DNA of 60,177 nucleotides, filler included, from Ionaspis alba (Eukaryota): NCBI GenBank assembly GCA_964255285.1. It is 6 parts of 6 records of this genome, joined end to end, with 100 filler letters (N's around TTAATTAATTAA, not from the genome) between each part and the next. Parts side by side here need not be neighbours in the genome. Positions count along the whole stretch, not along the records: positions 20,184 to 30,154 come from CAXUUL010000638.1; positions 30,255 to 40,208 come from CAXUUL010000639.1; 4 more parts are not named here. One strand, 5' to 3'. Shown piece by piece: positions 23,271 to 35,268 of this stretch (position 1 is its first letter; each line of letters starts with the position of its first letter). The notes under the pieces were generated by a model. It saw only the letters and a program-made list of their open reading frames with translations, ran no database searches and was not told where the DNA came from. The position numbers and the translations under genes were made by a program.

Positions 23271-24706
23271 TACGTCGACTTCACCTAATGACCGGCAGCA
23301 TATGTCGAGGTGGGCCCGCAAGTCTACGCCACGGTGCAGGCGGACACGGGATGGATTGAGGAAATCTCTTACTAGGTGGTTCGATGAATCCAAGGCGGTC
23401 CTATGGTGGCACACCGTTCAAGATAGATTCAAGTCTGAATCTCTGGACAATAACGATTGACCAGGCCTACAACAACGGTGATGGGTATACAATTTTTCGG
23501 AGCTCCTGAAGAGCCTGGGATCTTGTCTTGCCTACCTATCCATGTATGTGATCTAGCAGGATCCAGCTTGTCACTCCATACGTCCTCGCAGATAGAATGA
23601 CTTTGCTGTTTCCAATGCCTACCTTCTCAAGGCATTTCGGCAAGGGAATCATAGAATCTTCTGGAGGAAACAAATCCATAATACTTATGATTGCCAGCCA
23701 ACATACCATGAAGTGTTACTGCGTGATTTGGCAATCTGACGTCGTTTGTCATAAAGCTCGAGGAAGTCTATACAAACACAAATAAAAATGTATTTCTAAC
23801 ACGTAGAGTGACAAATCTCTGGTGACGATTGCAAATCGGGGATGATCGGGATTATTAGTCGCGAGCGAAACCGACTATTCTTCGCCTCTCGCGGACAGGA
23901 AGAAAGTGGAAAGCTCCGAAGAAGAGTCATTCTGAGCAGGGAAAATATCTACGCGTTTCAGTGCACAGGATATAAGCACCATTCCATGTATCGTCACTTC
24001 ACTGTTCATCGACTATATGTATGGGAATTCTCCGACTCCATCATATACTGATTTCTCGAAAAAAGAATTGATTGATTGTGCTGTTGTTGGGTTTTGCCCC
24101 GCCAGGATCGGAAAATGAAAGTTTGGCCGTGATCCAATATACGCAGTGTCGGTCCCACAAGTGGCTTGGCACTCACCTGGAGCCTCTTGGACCTCCCGTC
24201 TCTCTCTCGCAAAGCAAAGGTAAAAAGCTTCATATCCTTGCTCCCGGTCAAGTCTCCAAGGTGCTTTCGACCTCATCAACGGCTGCTGGATATCCTTGCT
24301 ACTCCGCCACTTGTTTTATACGTGGAGCGGCCTTTGCATCGTCTTAGTGGGGCTGTCGTACCTGACAGAGGCACCTCACCCGGTCGCATTCGAAGCGAAG
24401 ATCTCCTTTCTGATACCTGAGCCAGACCGATCCATCTGCCGCCCTCTGACAGCGCGGCCGTAGGATACACAGCTGGGAAGGACGCCTCGCACTCTTTGCC
24501 AGCAATTCTTCGACTTCCAGTCGCCAACTCTGTCGATCCATCGCGTTCTGTTGACAGATATCAGGATAGCTGTCGTGCCTCATTGTCGCACATGAGTGCT
24601 AAGCGCTTGACGACTACCCATCGATAACGGGAAAATTGACAAATCTTCCAACACGACGATTCTACCTACCTAGGACGGATTTGTTGCACGACACTCAGAA
24701 GAGAAG

Positions 24707-27306
24707 ATGAACCACATGAACATGAACGGCATGAGTGTTGGGAATGGTACAGCTGGAGGAATGCCGCCCATGAACAACGGTACAAATGGCGCTACTCCCA
24801 GAGCTGGCAACGGCCAAGAGCCTCAGACAGAGTACAAGATTCGATTGAATACGTTCATATACGACTACTTTTTGAAGATCGAACAATACGACTGCGCACG
24901 CCAACTCCTCAACAGCTCGTTGACTCTGACGACACGAAATAATCGCAGCCCAGGGCGGAGACCTAATGGCATTAATGACAGTTCTATGGAGGCGGATTCG
25001 AAAGAGGACATCGACTCGAAGCGACCGCAAGACCTTCCTGCTCCAGATATTGGTGACATGAATGAGAATACATCCTTTTTGCTCGAATGGTTCTCGCTAT
25101 TCCAGGATATGTTTCTGGCGCAGAGGAAGGATAAATTAGCAAGCGCACAGGCTTTGCACTATATGCAGCATACACAGGTAAGTCTAGAGTATCGGTGTCT
25201 TACCATGCGTCGATGCTGATTTTCTCCTCTCGCAGCAAGCATCAAGGCTGCGCCAAGATCAGCAAAACCAATACATGCGACAGCCTGCAATGATGCCCGG
25301 TAACCTGGGCTACCAAAGTCTGATGCGTATGCACCAGAACGGAATGCAAATGAATCCGAACGAACTTCGAGCGCGAGCAGCTTCACAAAACAATCTCCGC
25401 AATGTGTATGTGATTCCAATCATATCAGACGTGGCCTCCTTGTGGAGGTTTATGCTTACACTGTTCGAATTATGGCTGACTCATTCCGAGCAGAAATCCG
25501 CAGATGATGAGACAGCAGCAATACCTACAACAGCAACAAATGGAAAGAGGCGGTTCAGACGTCGATATCAACGGTCAGAGGCCACGGACACCTTCATCTG
25601 GCGATAATGCTCCCTCCCCATCGAAAAAGCCGCGCCTTGAAGGCCCATCCTTTCGAGGTCAGCAGATGATGCCCAATGGTAGGGCTCCTTGACGGGACAT
25701 TCTAGGTCGTAAGCTAACGAGACCCGTTGTAGCACAAGGAAATGCTATGCTGATCAATGGCGGCATTCAACCCGACTATCTATCTCCAGCCCAGCTCGAC
25801 AAGTTCAATTCACAACCTCCCCACGTCCAGCAGAAGTCTATCGCAACCTACAATGATCACATGGCCCAACAACATCGTCAGACCATGTCTCAAGGAGGCA
25901 TGCTCAATCAAGGATCTCCAATGATGCATGGGGCCATGGACGTTGGCGCCGCTGGCATCAACGATTTCTATAATGCCGGTCCACAGGCAATGCGAATAGC
26001 TCAACAAAACGCCAACGGAACTGCTGGCAATCATGCACTACAAGACTATCAGATGCAGTTGATGCTCCTGGAGCAGCAGAATAAAAAACGATTGATGATG
26101 GCTCGACAAGAACAAAATAACCTCCACCCTGACGGACAACCAATGGCTGGTCAGGGTTTCCCTACGGGAATGTCACCTCAAGGGAGCCGGTCTGGACCCT
26201 CGCCGAACCCAAGCGATCAAATGAAGCGTGGTACACCCAAGATGGGACCTGCTGGTCTCCCGATGTCCGGATCACCCATGCCTGAAGGAGCGATGCCGCC
26301 AGGACGAGGCTCGCCTGGCCCGATGAATCTCAATGGCGGACAGATACCTCCCGAGATGTTTCAGCAAGCGATGAAGGGCATGGGAGAGGGAATGGCTGTA
26401 GGGCCCAATGGCGTCATGCGGCCACCACCAAGCTCACATCCACAGTTTGCCAATGGACTCACGCAGCAACAAGTGGAGGCAATGCGCGCACAAGCTGCTC
26501 AGAATGGTGGGAGGATGCCGAATGGTGTCAACTGGCCGCAAGGGCCTCAGGGTCAAGCGCCGATGATACCTCAGCCCTCCCAACCTCAGCAAGCTGTCGG
26601 GACTCCCCAGCAGCGCACAGCTATGCCTCCTCCTCAAGGTCTACCTGCGGCAGGTGCAGCTAATGGACGTCCGTCTCCACCATCGCAGGCGGCGAACCCT
26701 CCTACTCCTCAGCAGTCCACTAAAGCCAACCCGAAACCGAAAAAGGATGCAAAGGATCGCAAGGTAATTGGTTGCATTTCCTCATATTTCCCACTCGTAT
26801 CACTAACACATGATATCAGCGGCCGCAGAAGAAAGGCTCAGTCGCTACAGCAGCCACGCCCTCATCCGAAGCTGAAAATCCCCCTCCGACTCCAACCCCG
26901 CAGACACCCATTACGCCCGTGCATCCCAACAGCTTCAAAGAAGCAAAGAACAACACCAACGGCCAGATGCAAGGCACGAACGGCCAGGCCTCAACATCCG
27001 CGCCAGTACCCACAGCGGTCGCGCAGCCCCAATCAGAAACCAACCTCATCCAGCAATTCAACCCCAACATAGACGGCATGGAGGTAAGTCTTTCTCGTTC
27101 ATCTGCTGAAGCCGATCAGCCGTGCTGATATTGTCGGGCAGCCCACCCTCAACATGGACTTCGCATCCATGGATACTGGTGACATCATGGACGGCTTCAA
27201 CTTCGACTCCTTCATTCAGGAACATGTCGATACGGACTTTGACCTCGATGCTACCATGGGTTTCGGAACTTTCGATGGCGTGGAGGCTAGTGCTGGGGAT
27301 GCTTAG
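24707..27306 (+). CDS. somA: LUFS/LisH-domain transcriptional regulator SomA/Som1/Flo8-like, multi-exon
   Basis: RLNTFIYDYFLK (LisH), SFLLEWFSLFQDMF, RPRTPSSGDNAPSPSKKPRLE, GNHALQDYQMQLMLLEQQNKKRLMMARQEQ, Q/P/M-rich body, C-terminal FNFDSFI. Confidence 0.9.
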
Positions 27307-28620
27307 TGGCTCTCCATTTCTAATACCCAACAACACAACGATCAAAACGGATCTAAATTCGGAATGATCCTCTTGTTCATCATTACTCTCATACCTTATC
27401 ATACCCAATCTGCAGCATTGGGCCACGATTCTCCCTCGAGATACTCAGGAACTCTTTACATCCGTCGCAGAGGACAAGTCTATACAACCTTTTTTCCCCC
27501 CTTTCTCTCCATCGTCCTACGGAGTTTGGTGCCCTTTTTCGTTTGTGGACGAGATCCTCCATATCTATATTGTTTTCCGCTCATCTATACGTGTAATTGC
27601 GGGCAGGGTACAAAGACTTCTGTCATAATGTCCAAAACGACGGCGGATTGGCTGGCGGTGGGTGGCATCGGCGTGCCATTGGGGCAACGCGGGGGTGGCC
27701 TTGTGTATGGAGTTTCTGCCGTCCAATATTTCTATCCTTTCTCGTGTTCTGTTGTCAATTCGGAGTAGGGCTTTGCGAATGTGTCTATCGGATTCCCATG
27801 TAGCTAACGCTGACTTTGCTTGGGTCTGTTTTTGTGGAATTGATGGCTGTGGGGAACTAGAGTGATTGGATCGTGGGAAAGGGTTTTGAGAGGTCTAGTT
27901 CGTTCTTCTATACAAAAGTAGGGGCGAGAGGATTCTGTTAGTGTCTATTGATCCCGGTTTTCTGCTCTACTGGACAATCGTGTGATATGAAGTGAATTGA
28001 TGGGGATGTCGAGGGAGTGTTGTAATCCGTAGAGCCTGGCGCGCGGTAGATAAACGGAATCGGCATACCTACAAGGTTGTTCAGAAGAAGCGACCACTAA
28101 AACCTCCACCTGAAGGGCGTTCATTCAAGTAGCTATTGCCATTGAGTCTCAGAACGGTGATTGGCTGCGTGTTTCAAAGTAGGCAATTATTTTTACTACG
28201 GGACCCCTCAGACGGCGTGAGGAGCTAGCCGACGTGTCAAGCTTCAGGAACCGTACAGCTGCAGAACTTCTTCATCGTCCATTGGAAGAGGTCGTGGCCA
28301 ATATGAGCATGTAGGCAGATGTACGATAGGTTGTCGCAGCTTTGAGTGCCCAGAGCATGTTCATATGGAACCATTGAGGCATGAGCACCAGAGCTTTCAT
28401 GCAACTCGCCGGCAAAGGTCGAAGCTCATTTCCTCATCGAAGCAAACACACGTCTTCTACCCACGGTGACTCTTTGCATCCTCGCGATCACACACAAATC
28501 CTGCTCTCCCATCTCAGAAGTCTCTACCGAACTAAATTGGAATCAAATTCCATACGACGAAAATTCCCACCTTCTAGACCTTTCTTCATTCCAAATTCAA
28601 GGCTCGGTCGACACTCCAAG

Positions 28621-30154
28621 ATGGCAGACCTTCTCTCTGCACTCATAGTGCCCAGCAGCTCTCGAGACTCTTTCCGTTCAGCACGTATTTATAGGGATGT
28701 TTCTACCTCTCCTACAGCCGCCTCGAAATCTGAAGCTCAACCTCAACCACGAACTCCACCTGCACCTGGTGTCGAGCTTCAGCCTCAACCTCAATCCCAA
28801 CCGTCGAATCAAATGATCCCCCTCTTCTCAATCACCACTCACCTGGCCCTCGTAAATCATGAGAAAAATACCGACCTCCAATGCTCCGAGAGCAGCAACA
28901 TTCTCCTTCAATCGTCCGAAGCTTTCGAGGATCCCACGCCCCGTATCACTGCCCCGTCAGGGACCTCCGTTCCTGTTACTCTAATGGAGACTAACAGCTC
29001 TCCCATATCTGTGCCCAATACTGAAGCTCAAGCTTCACTTCAATTGTCCACGAATTCAGCCCCCGGCTCTATCATGCAAATCCAACCACAACCCCAAACT
29101 CAACTTCAGCTTCAACTTGAGCCTCAACCTCAACCACCAAGAGAACCAACCCCTCTGTCCCATATATACACCCCCCACGCCCTCGAAGTCCACGACATAA
29201 ATACCTACTTCGATCGTCCCGAAAGCATTGCTCTTCTCTCTCAATCCACAAAACCCTCCAAAGCCACCAACACTGCCCCTCCAATAGCCTCCGCCTTCAC
29301 AGCCCCAAGTGAAACGACCAGTACTCCGAGATCCGCCGTCGCCGTCAGCCGGTTCTTCGAGCTCTGCCAAGCAAAAGGCATAACACCCGCTTTCGATATC
29401 GTCGAGGCACCCTGCGGCGGCCAAAATTTTATCGGCACCTTGACAGTCGGCACAGAGACGATCTCGCTCGAGGTGCCCCAACCCAACAAGAAAGATGTCA
29501 AGCAAATCCTCGCAGAGGAAGGCTACCCAATCCTGGAGGAAATGAAAGCGCGCGTAAAGAGGAAAGCGGAAGACGACGAACCCAGCAGTGCCGGTGGGGC
29601 GGACAATTGGGTTGGTAAACTACTCGGTAAGTCCTTGCACCACTTACTGCTCCGCTCCAGTCTATAAGCTCTAGCACCAGCTAATTCCTCTCCCCAACAG
29701 AATTCCACAGCATCTCCTGCGAGCCCGGCACCCCGGCCCCAATTTTCACCTCCACCACAGTTGGCACCTCCTTCGTCTTTACCTGCATCATCCACCAATC
29801 ACCCCGTCCCTTCACAAGCCCCCTCTGCAGCAGCAAAAAGACCGCTAAAGCAACCGCCGCTCAGCTCGCCATCAATTACCTAATCTGGGCGGGCCATCTC
29901 GCTCCCGACGGCAGTCTCAAACGCCGGCAGAAGCAAAAACTGAGCACTGCTGTTAAAGCCTTTTCTTCTACTCCTAACGACGAGACCAAAGCCGAGGAAG
30001 ATAAAGGATGGGGGCAGAAAGTCGACGAGCTGTATCCGCAGTTGGGATTCCCGACACCGGTGTATAAGTTTGAGGTCGTGGATAGGGAGAGGGCGCCGAA
30101 TGTTTATAGTGGGGGAGCATTGTTCCCTGGGCTGGGCGGGACGGAGGGGATGGT
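28621..30154 (+). CDS. Hypothetical protein with tandem dsRNA-binding-motif-like domains (3'-truncated by contig end)
   Basis: P/Q/S-rich N-terminus, then RFFELCQAKGITPAFDIVE..FIGTLTV..NKKDVKQILA, then NWVGKLL/EFH..FTCII..SKKTAKATAAQLAINYL, then the start of a third repeat (KVDELYPQLGFPTPVYKF). Intron at about 29627-29700. The start could lie upstream at 28381. Confidence 0.65.
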
Positions 30155-30254
30155 NNNNNNNNNNNNNNNNNNNNNNNNNNNNNNNNNNNNNNNNNNNNTT
30201 AATTAATTAANNNNNNNNNNNNNNNNNNNNNNNNNNNNNNNNNNNNNNNNNNNN
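30155..30254. other. Artificial contig spacer N44-TTAATTAATTAA-N44
   Basis: Same linker. Confidence 0.97.
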
Positions 30255-31508
30255 TCCGATTCCCTGATTGTTGTTTCCATCTCTTCCACTTGTTGGATCC
30301 AGTAACTCCAGATGAGCTTCCTCATTGAGGCGGTCTACAGTACTGTCTCCTTGAAAGACGTATTGCGTGGCACATTCGGAGCTTGGATTATTCTTATCAA
30401 GGCGCATGATATTTCGTTCTCCCAATTCCGTCCAGGAACTAAGATCCCTAATGGCCTGATCGTGGTTTTTGCAGATGTGACCGACCAATAAAGGCTTCGT
30501 ATTGATATGGCGTAAATGACGCGGCAGCCTTTTACCTTGGCGACAGGTCCAAACGACTTCTTTCCATTCGTCCCCCAATTGCAGAATATAAGGACTCAAG
30601 GCTGCTACCAGACTGTTTGGCACCTTCAACAGGACCAAGCACGGCACCGACATGACTGACCGGTGCTTCACAAAATCGTTATACCGGTCTGCGATTTCTT
30701 TCTGCAATGCGAAATACAGCATACAACCTTGTGAACCTCTGAAATCTGACGGCCAGCTGGACGCCAAGACTTCGATGCTGATTTCCCCGGTATTCGCGTC
30801 TATTGCACCTTTCGTTCTAGACCTGTCTATTCCTTTCCAAAGTGTAGTGTGCCCCGGGGTAAAATGAGTAAAAGACGGTACCGATTCCACGATTGGAGCA
30901 GGAGCAGGAGGAGCATAAGCAGCACCAGGTCTCCGCTGTGTCCTCACTCGTAGCAGCTCTCGCTGTCGCTCTCTACTGCGTTCTCCGAGTTCCTCGAGTG
31001 CGCGAAAGCGGAGTCCAACGGAATCGATAGCCCAGAACTTTGCAGACTCGGTGAGCCGGAGGTCGTGGTAATCGGGTGACATGATTTTTTCCTGCAATTC
31101 TGATGCCAATCCATAATTTTGGAGGCATTTTACCCAGTCGTGCGAGTCATTCAGAGCATCCTCTTCAATATCGCGAATATGGTACTCGGCAATGTCGAGA
31201 AATGAGTAAGGACCTTGAGGGGCTTTACCGTCGGAAGGAAACCTTTCCCATCTCTGCCAGAGTGAACTCGCAACTGCAGCGGTGAAACCTAGGAAAAGAT
31301 ACGTTTCACGGCTTATGAGGACTTCTGGAATGTCTATCTGACAATCAGAGCCATAGCCTGAATCATTGCTTGACGATGAGTAAGTGAAAATTGAAAGTAT
31401 GGTAGAACTTGATGCTTGTCTCATGCCGTTAGAAGCCTTGGTCAAAAGGCCACGAGAGACTAAGTCAATAGCATCTTCAGATTGGATGATAGTCTCGTAT
31501 GCCGCCAT
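30255..31508 (-). CDS. Hypothetical protein: helical N-terminal domain plus a DUF3990-like (ADP-ribosyltransferase fold) C-terminal domain. No stop before the contig end.
   Basis: Intronless ORF of at least 418 codons. Ordered motifs TLWKG, SDFRG..LYFALQKEIADRY, LVLLKVP, EWKEVVWTCR, LLVGHIC and TQYVF parallel the DUF3990 pattern (LYHG / DFG.GFY / EW..FV...R / iiGPia / Q..F). The ORF is solid; the domain call is by recall. Confidence 0.6.
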
Positions 31509-31927
31509 CGCGTTGTTCTTATCAGAGTCTAGAGACAGAAGTTAGAAAAGTCTACAGTCTTGTAAATGGCGTGCTGTGGTACGTGACGGCAATGATGTAC
31601 TGAGAAACAGGTGAGACAATGGTAGGTGTAAGATATAGGTAGTTTGTTCATTAATTACTACGAAGGTCTTTTATCATTTTCGGATTAAACTATTTCCGAT
31701 TCATTATTCATGGAGAAGTCAATGCTTTGTCTGAGATGACTCACTCGGTCTCCAAGTCGGGCCATCCTAGCTACATTGTTAGAATGTTCAGCCACGAGTC
31801 TCAGCTTTCTCTCGTCAGCAATTAGGTTTGCCACACTGTGGTAGAAGACTATAAGGCACCCAAGCAACATCAGAGAAGCGACAACAGAACATTTTGTTCC
31901 CTGTGTCTAAAAGAGCAGCATAACATC

Positions 31928-32647
31928 ATGAGCATCAGTTCCCTTCCAATAGAGATCGTCTGCAGTATCTTCTGCCATGTCGATCCAGATGATCTTGGTA
32001 ACATCCAAATGACATCGAAATTGCTTCACCACATCTTCTTCCACCACGAGAGGTTCCTTTGCCAACTGATCGCCAAGTCTCGGGGCGTTAGCTACAATGG
32101 ACCGACGGATGAGGAAATTCGTCCACTGCTCGTGCTACAGAAACAGTGGAAGCGGCATCAAATTATCGAATCTTTACTACCGTTTCTTCGATCAGCCGAT
32201 CCGTCAGCCAGACAAAGCCTTGAACATTTGTGGGCCTACCATGACGCTATTGTAGAGGACCTCGACCGTTCTGTTTCCGAAGAACATCAGAGATTCATCA
32301 TGTCCACGTCCTCTGGAACACTCCTCTCAATGATAGCCGTTATTGGCGCCTGTGGTCAACTTCTGGCTGATGCCTCTATGGATCACCTGGACGAGGAGAG
32401 TCATCTTGTATGGCACGATCAGCGTCGAGCGGCTCTGGGCTTGAGTACAAAGCACGACGCGTTCTCTGACATAGCTCTGATAAAAGGCATTGGATCCGTC
32501 GCCGAGGTAGTAGTACAAAAGTCTGAAGAAGCGATCGAAAAGATCACCAGATGGTACAAGCCAAATGCGCTCTCAGAGATCTCCCGTCTTCATGGAGAAT
32601 ATCATTGGAAGGCCACGTTATTACAAGGAAATACCTCGAACATATGA
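31928..32647 (+). CDS. F-box domain protein
   Basis: N-terminus MSISSLPIEIVCSIFCHVDPDDLGNIQMTSKLLHHIF matches the F-box consensus. The helical C-terminus is not recognised. Confidence 0.75.
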   Translation: MSISSLPIEIVCSIFCHVDPDDLGNIQMTSKLLHHIFFHHERFLCQLIAKSRGVSYNGPTDEEIRPLLVLQKQWKRHQIIESLLPFLRSADPSARQSLEHLWAYHDAIVEDLDRSVSEEHQRFIMSTSSGTLLSMIAVIGACGQLLADASMDHLDEESHLVWHDQRRAALGLSTKHDAFSDIALIKGIGSVAEVVVQKSEEAIEKITRWYKPNALSEISRLHGEYHWKATLLQGNTSNI

Positions 32648-33299
32648 CACGCACATGGCGCACAGAACTATGGGCCCAGACGATGAAGGATTCTCGGCTT
32701 GATCTTTGGGCTCTCCGCCAATTTGCTTTGAGGATTTCTTTCTTATTTGTATGAAGAGCTTGGAGCGAGGTAGATTTCAGGCTTGCACATGGAACAGAGA
32801 ACAGAGCGGTGCTGTCAGTGGTCGAGGCAAGGAGCTTGCAAAAAATGACTGTTACTGGAAAATATTCCGGGCAAGTGCTGGACAGGTGTAAAGGTGGAAT
32901 TAAAACACAAACAGACTCTTCTCAACCACACCCATCAATTCCATGCTGGTAGCTATCACGATGGCTTGATTGACCTCGACTAGTCCGAAGATCGATCGTA
33001 ATGCAAATCAGAAATGGGAGCATTTAAAACGGCTTGATGATTCTTGCCACTAAGCTCTTCTTAGCCATCCAGCTCCCCGCGTTGATCACGGATGACACAA
33101 CGCTTCTCGCCAATTATAGGTACTCTCCAATGAAATACGTATGGAAACGTCAAAATTGATACCAATGATCTAAATTGCAGCCACACTCTGATCGATCCGC
33201 ACTCGCATACCAACGCAATGTTGATCTCCAGCCCTTGATCTGCTACCACATGCCTCGCCTTGTCTCACGGAATTTCATGCGGCAGCCGCCGAGAGGGTA

Positions 33300-35268
33300 A
33301 TGGCACCTTCTCTTAGCTCTCCAATCCATCTGGACCTTCAGCGGCCACCAGGTCTGAAAAGAATCGTGAAGCCCATAGTACCGGTGATCCCTCGTGCACT
33401 CGAAAAGCCGCCAGGAGGTCCATTTACTGGGGCAACAAGTTTTTCTGATGGATTAGACACTGAAGCTGGGGAAACGAGCAACGCATTTGACATTCCTGAA
33501 TCTGCAGCACATCGTTGGACGGGAACTAGGCTCAGATCAACACATGTGGACCACGAGACTGTCGAGCCTCCGAGCCTCTCATTCCAGCCTACTCCGGTCG
33601 CCCATCTCGAAGGCAATCTAGGTGAGGCATAAGTTATACTTCCAGACAACATTCAGAACGAATGCTCACCTAGTGAACGATACAGACCCTCCCAATGCCA
33701 CCAGACAGATTGTCAAAACCAAAAACGCTGGACATCAATTCGTCCCCACCATATATCCCTCAGATACTCCAACGACCACTTATACACCCAGTACCTTACC
33801 TAGGCAGCTTCCTCCCTCACATCCCCCTTTCGCACCACGCTTCATTGACCGAAGTATTGTTTTCGGAGTCGAAGCCGACTCGAGCCAATCTTCTCCCATC
33901 TTCTCGCCTTCTGCATCCTCAACTACATTTACGCAATCAACTCCCGTGAGCGATACCACGAATTCACTCCCACATTCGACCTATCAGGGCTATGGTCACG
34001 TGTATCACCTCCAAGGACATCCTCTATCGAAGCCTCTGCTACCGTCTTTGGTTAATGGACAGGCTCTTCCTGCGTTTCCAGCTCCCGAGACGTATATTCA
34101 AGCAAACACAGTACCTCTTCCCCTCGAAGAAGTACAAACAAGCTCTACGAGCCAAGTCACAAAGTACCATCCTAATGAGGGTGGATCCTTACCGGACAGA
34201 GCTCTTCATAGTTATCTATTAGATCAGTTTAACAACCCTGTCTATTCTGACTGTCGACTGGAAATACATATCGGAGATGAATGCCGCTGTCTGATGCTTC
34301 ATAGGCTACTTATAGCCCGAAACACTGTGCTACAGGATCTGCTTGGTACTGAACCAGGAGTCTATGAGAACGACCAAAGAATCATCAGGCTAGCTCCATC
34401 GAACTTATTTGTCACTTTCTCTGCCATCACTGCCGTAGTATTGAGCTACTATGGAGAATCACTCTCGAACATCCTTCCATTCCTTCCCGAGACCCTTCCA
34501 ACATCCTCCCGATACCCAGACTTCCAGCATTTCATTCAGAACGCACCGCCAGTTGATCGCATGCGATCCGTGCTGGCATACCTTGCAGCAGGCGAAGAAT
34601 TGAATATGCCAGACGTGACAGCTAGTGCTATCCGCATGGTGATTCCGAACATCTCCTTCACAACACTTGAAGTAGCTCTCTCATATGGACTGTATCCTGC
34701 ACAGGAAAGAATATCTGAGGAGAGGCCCATTCCGGGAAACCTTGACGAATCTCGCGCAAGCCATGTTCTTGATAGCTGTATCGATTTCATGGTCGCCAAT
34801 TTTCCAGCGCCTTTCTCACTCGATTTCCAAGCCCCGTCTTCGGTGATTCTGGGAGGCTTTCCTGAGACGCCACATCAAGAAAACAAACGTACTGTCTCTA
34901 ATCCTCGCCTGAGCTCTATACACTTCGGAGATTTCCCCTTGGATACCTATGCGCCGCCTAGTCCCGAAGCCACTACAATATCCATCGTTCTCCTTTCAGC
35001 TCCTTTCTACGTTCTACACCGTATCATCACCAGGCTAGATACTTCCATTCGAGGGCAAATGCTTCCAGCCATCATACGGGAAAGGGAGCGTCGGCGATTG
35101 GCGTTTTTGCACAACAGCTCAATCCCTAACCTGGAGGAAGCAGACAGATCCTTCATAATGGAAAAGGCTACATGGGAAGAAAACGTGACAGGTGCGGGAG
35201 TTGACGTGGGGGTATCACGATCCCGAACAGCCTCCTATGGGAGACTCGATGGTCACACGCACGAGTAA
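33300..35268 (+). CDS. Hypothetical protein with a BTB/POZ-like domain, 2 exons
   Basis: IVPVIPRALEK N-terminal motif and a low-complexity linker, then YLLDQFNNPVYSDCRLEI..LHRLLIARNTVLQDLL..VVLSYYGESL, and C-terminal ILLSAPF-like..IIRERERRRL..WEENV. Intron 33622-33673. Confidence 0.7.

Noticed and set aside
23460..24700. Cluster of short overlapping ORFs upstream of somA
   Set aside because: None is protein-like. The region fits a long promoter/5' UTR, and uORF function cannot be supported from sequence alone.
29040..29150. CAACCT/CAACTT hexamer-like repeats
   Set aside because: They encode a QP/QL low-complexity tract within a CDS and are not an independent repeat element.
28621..31508. 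dsRBD gene and ART-like gene as one antiviral locus
   Set aside because: They are separated by an artificial contig spacer, so the adjacency is not genomic.
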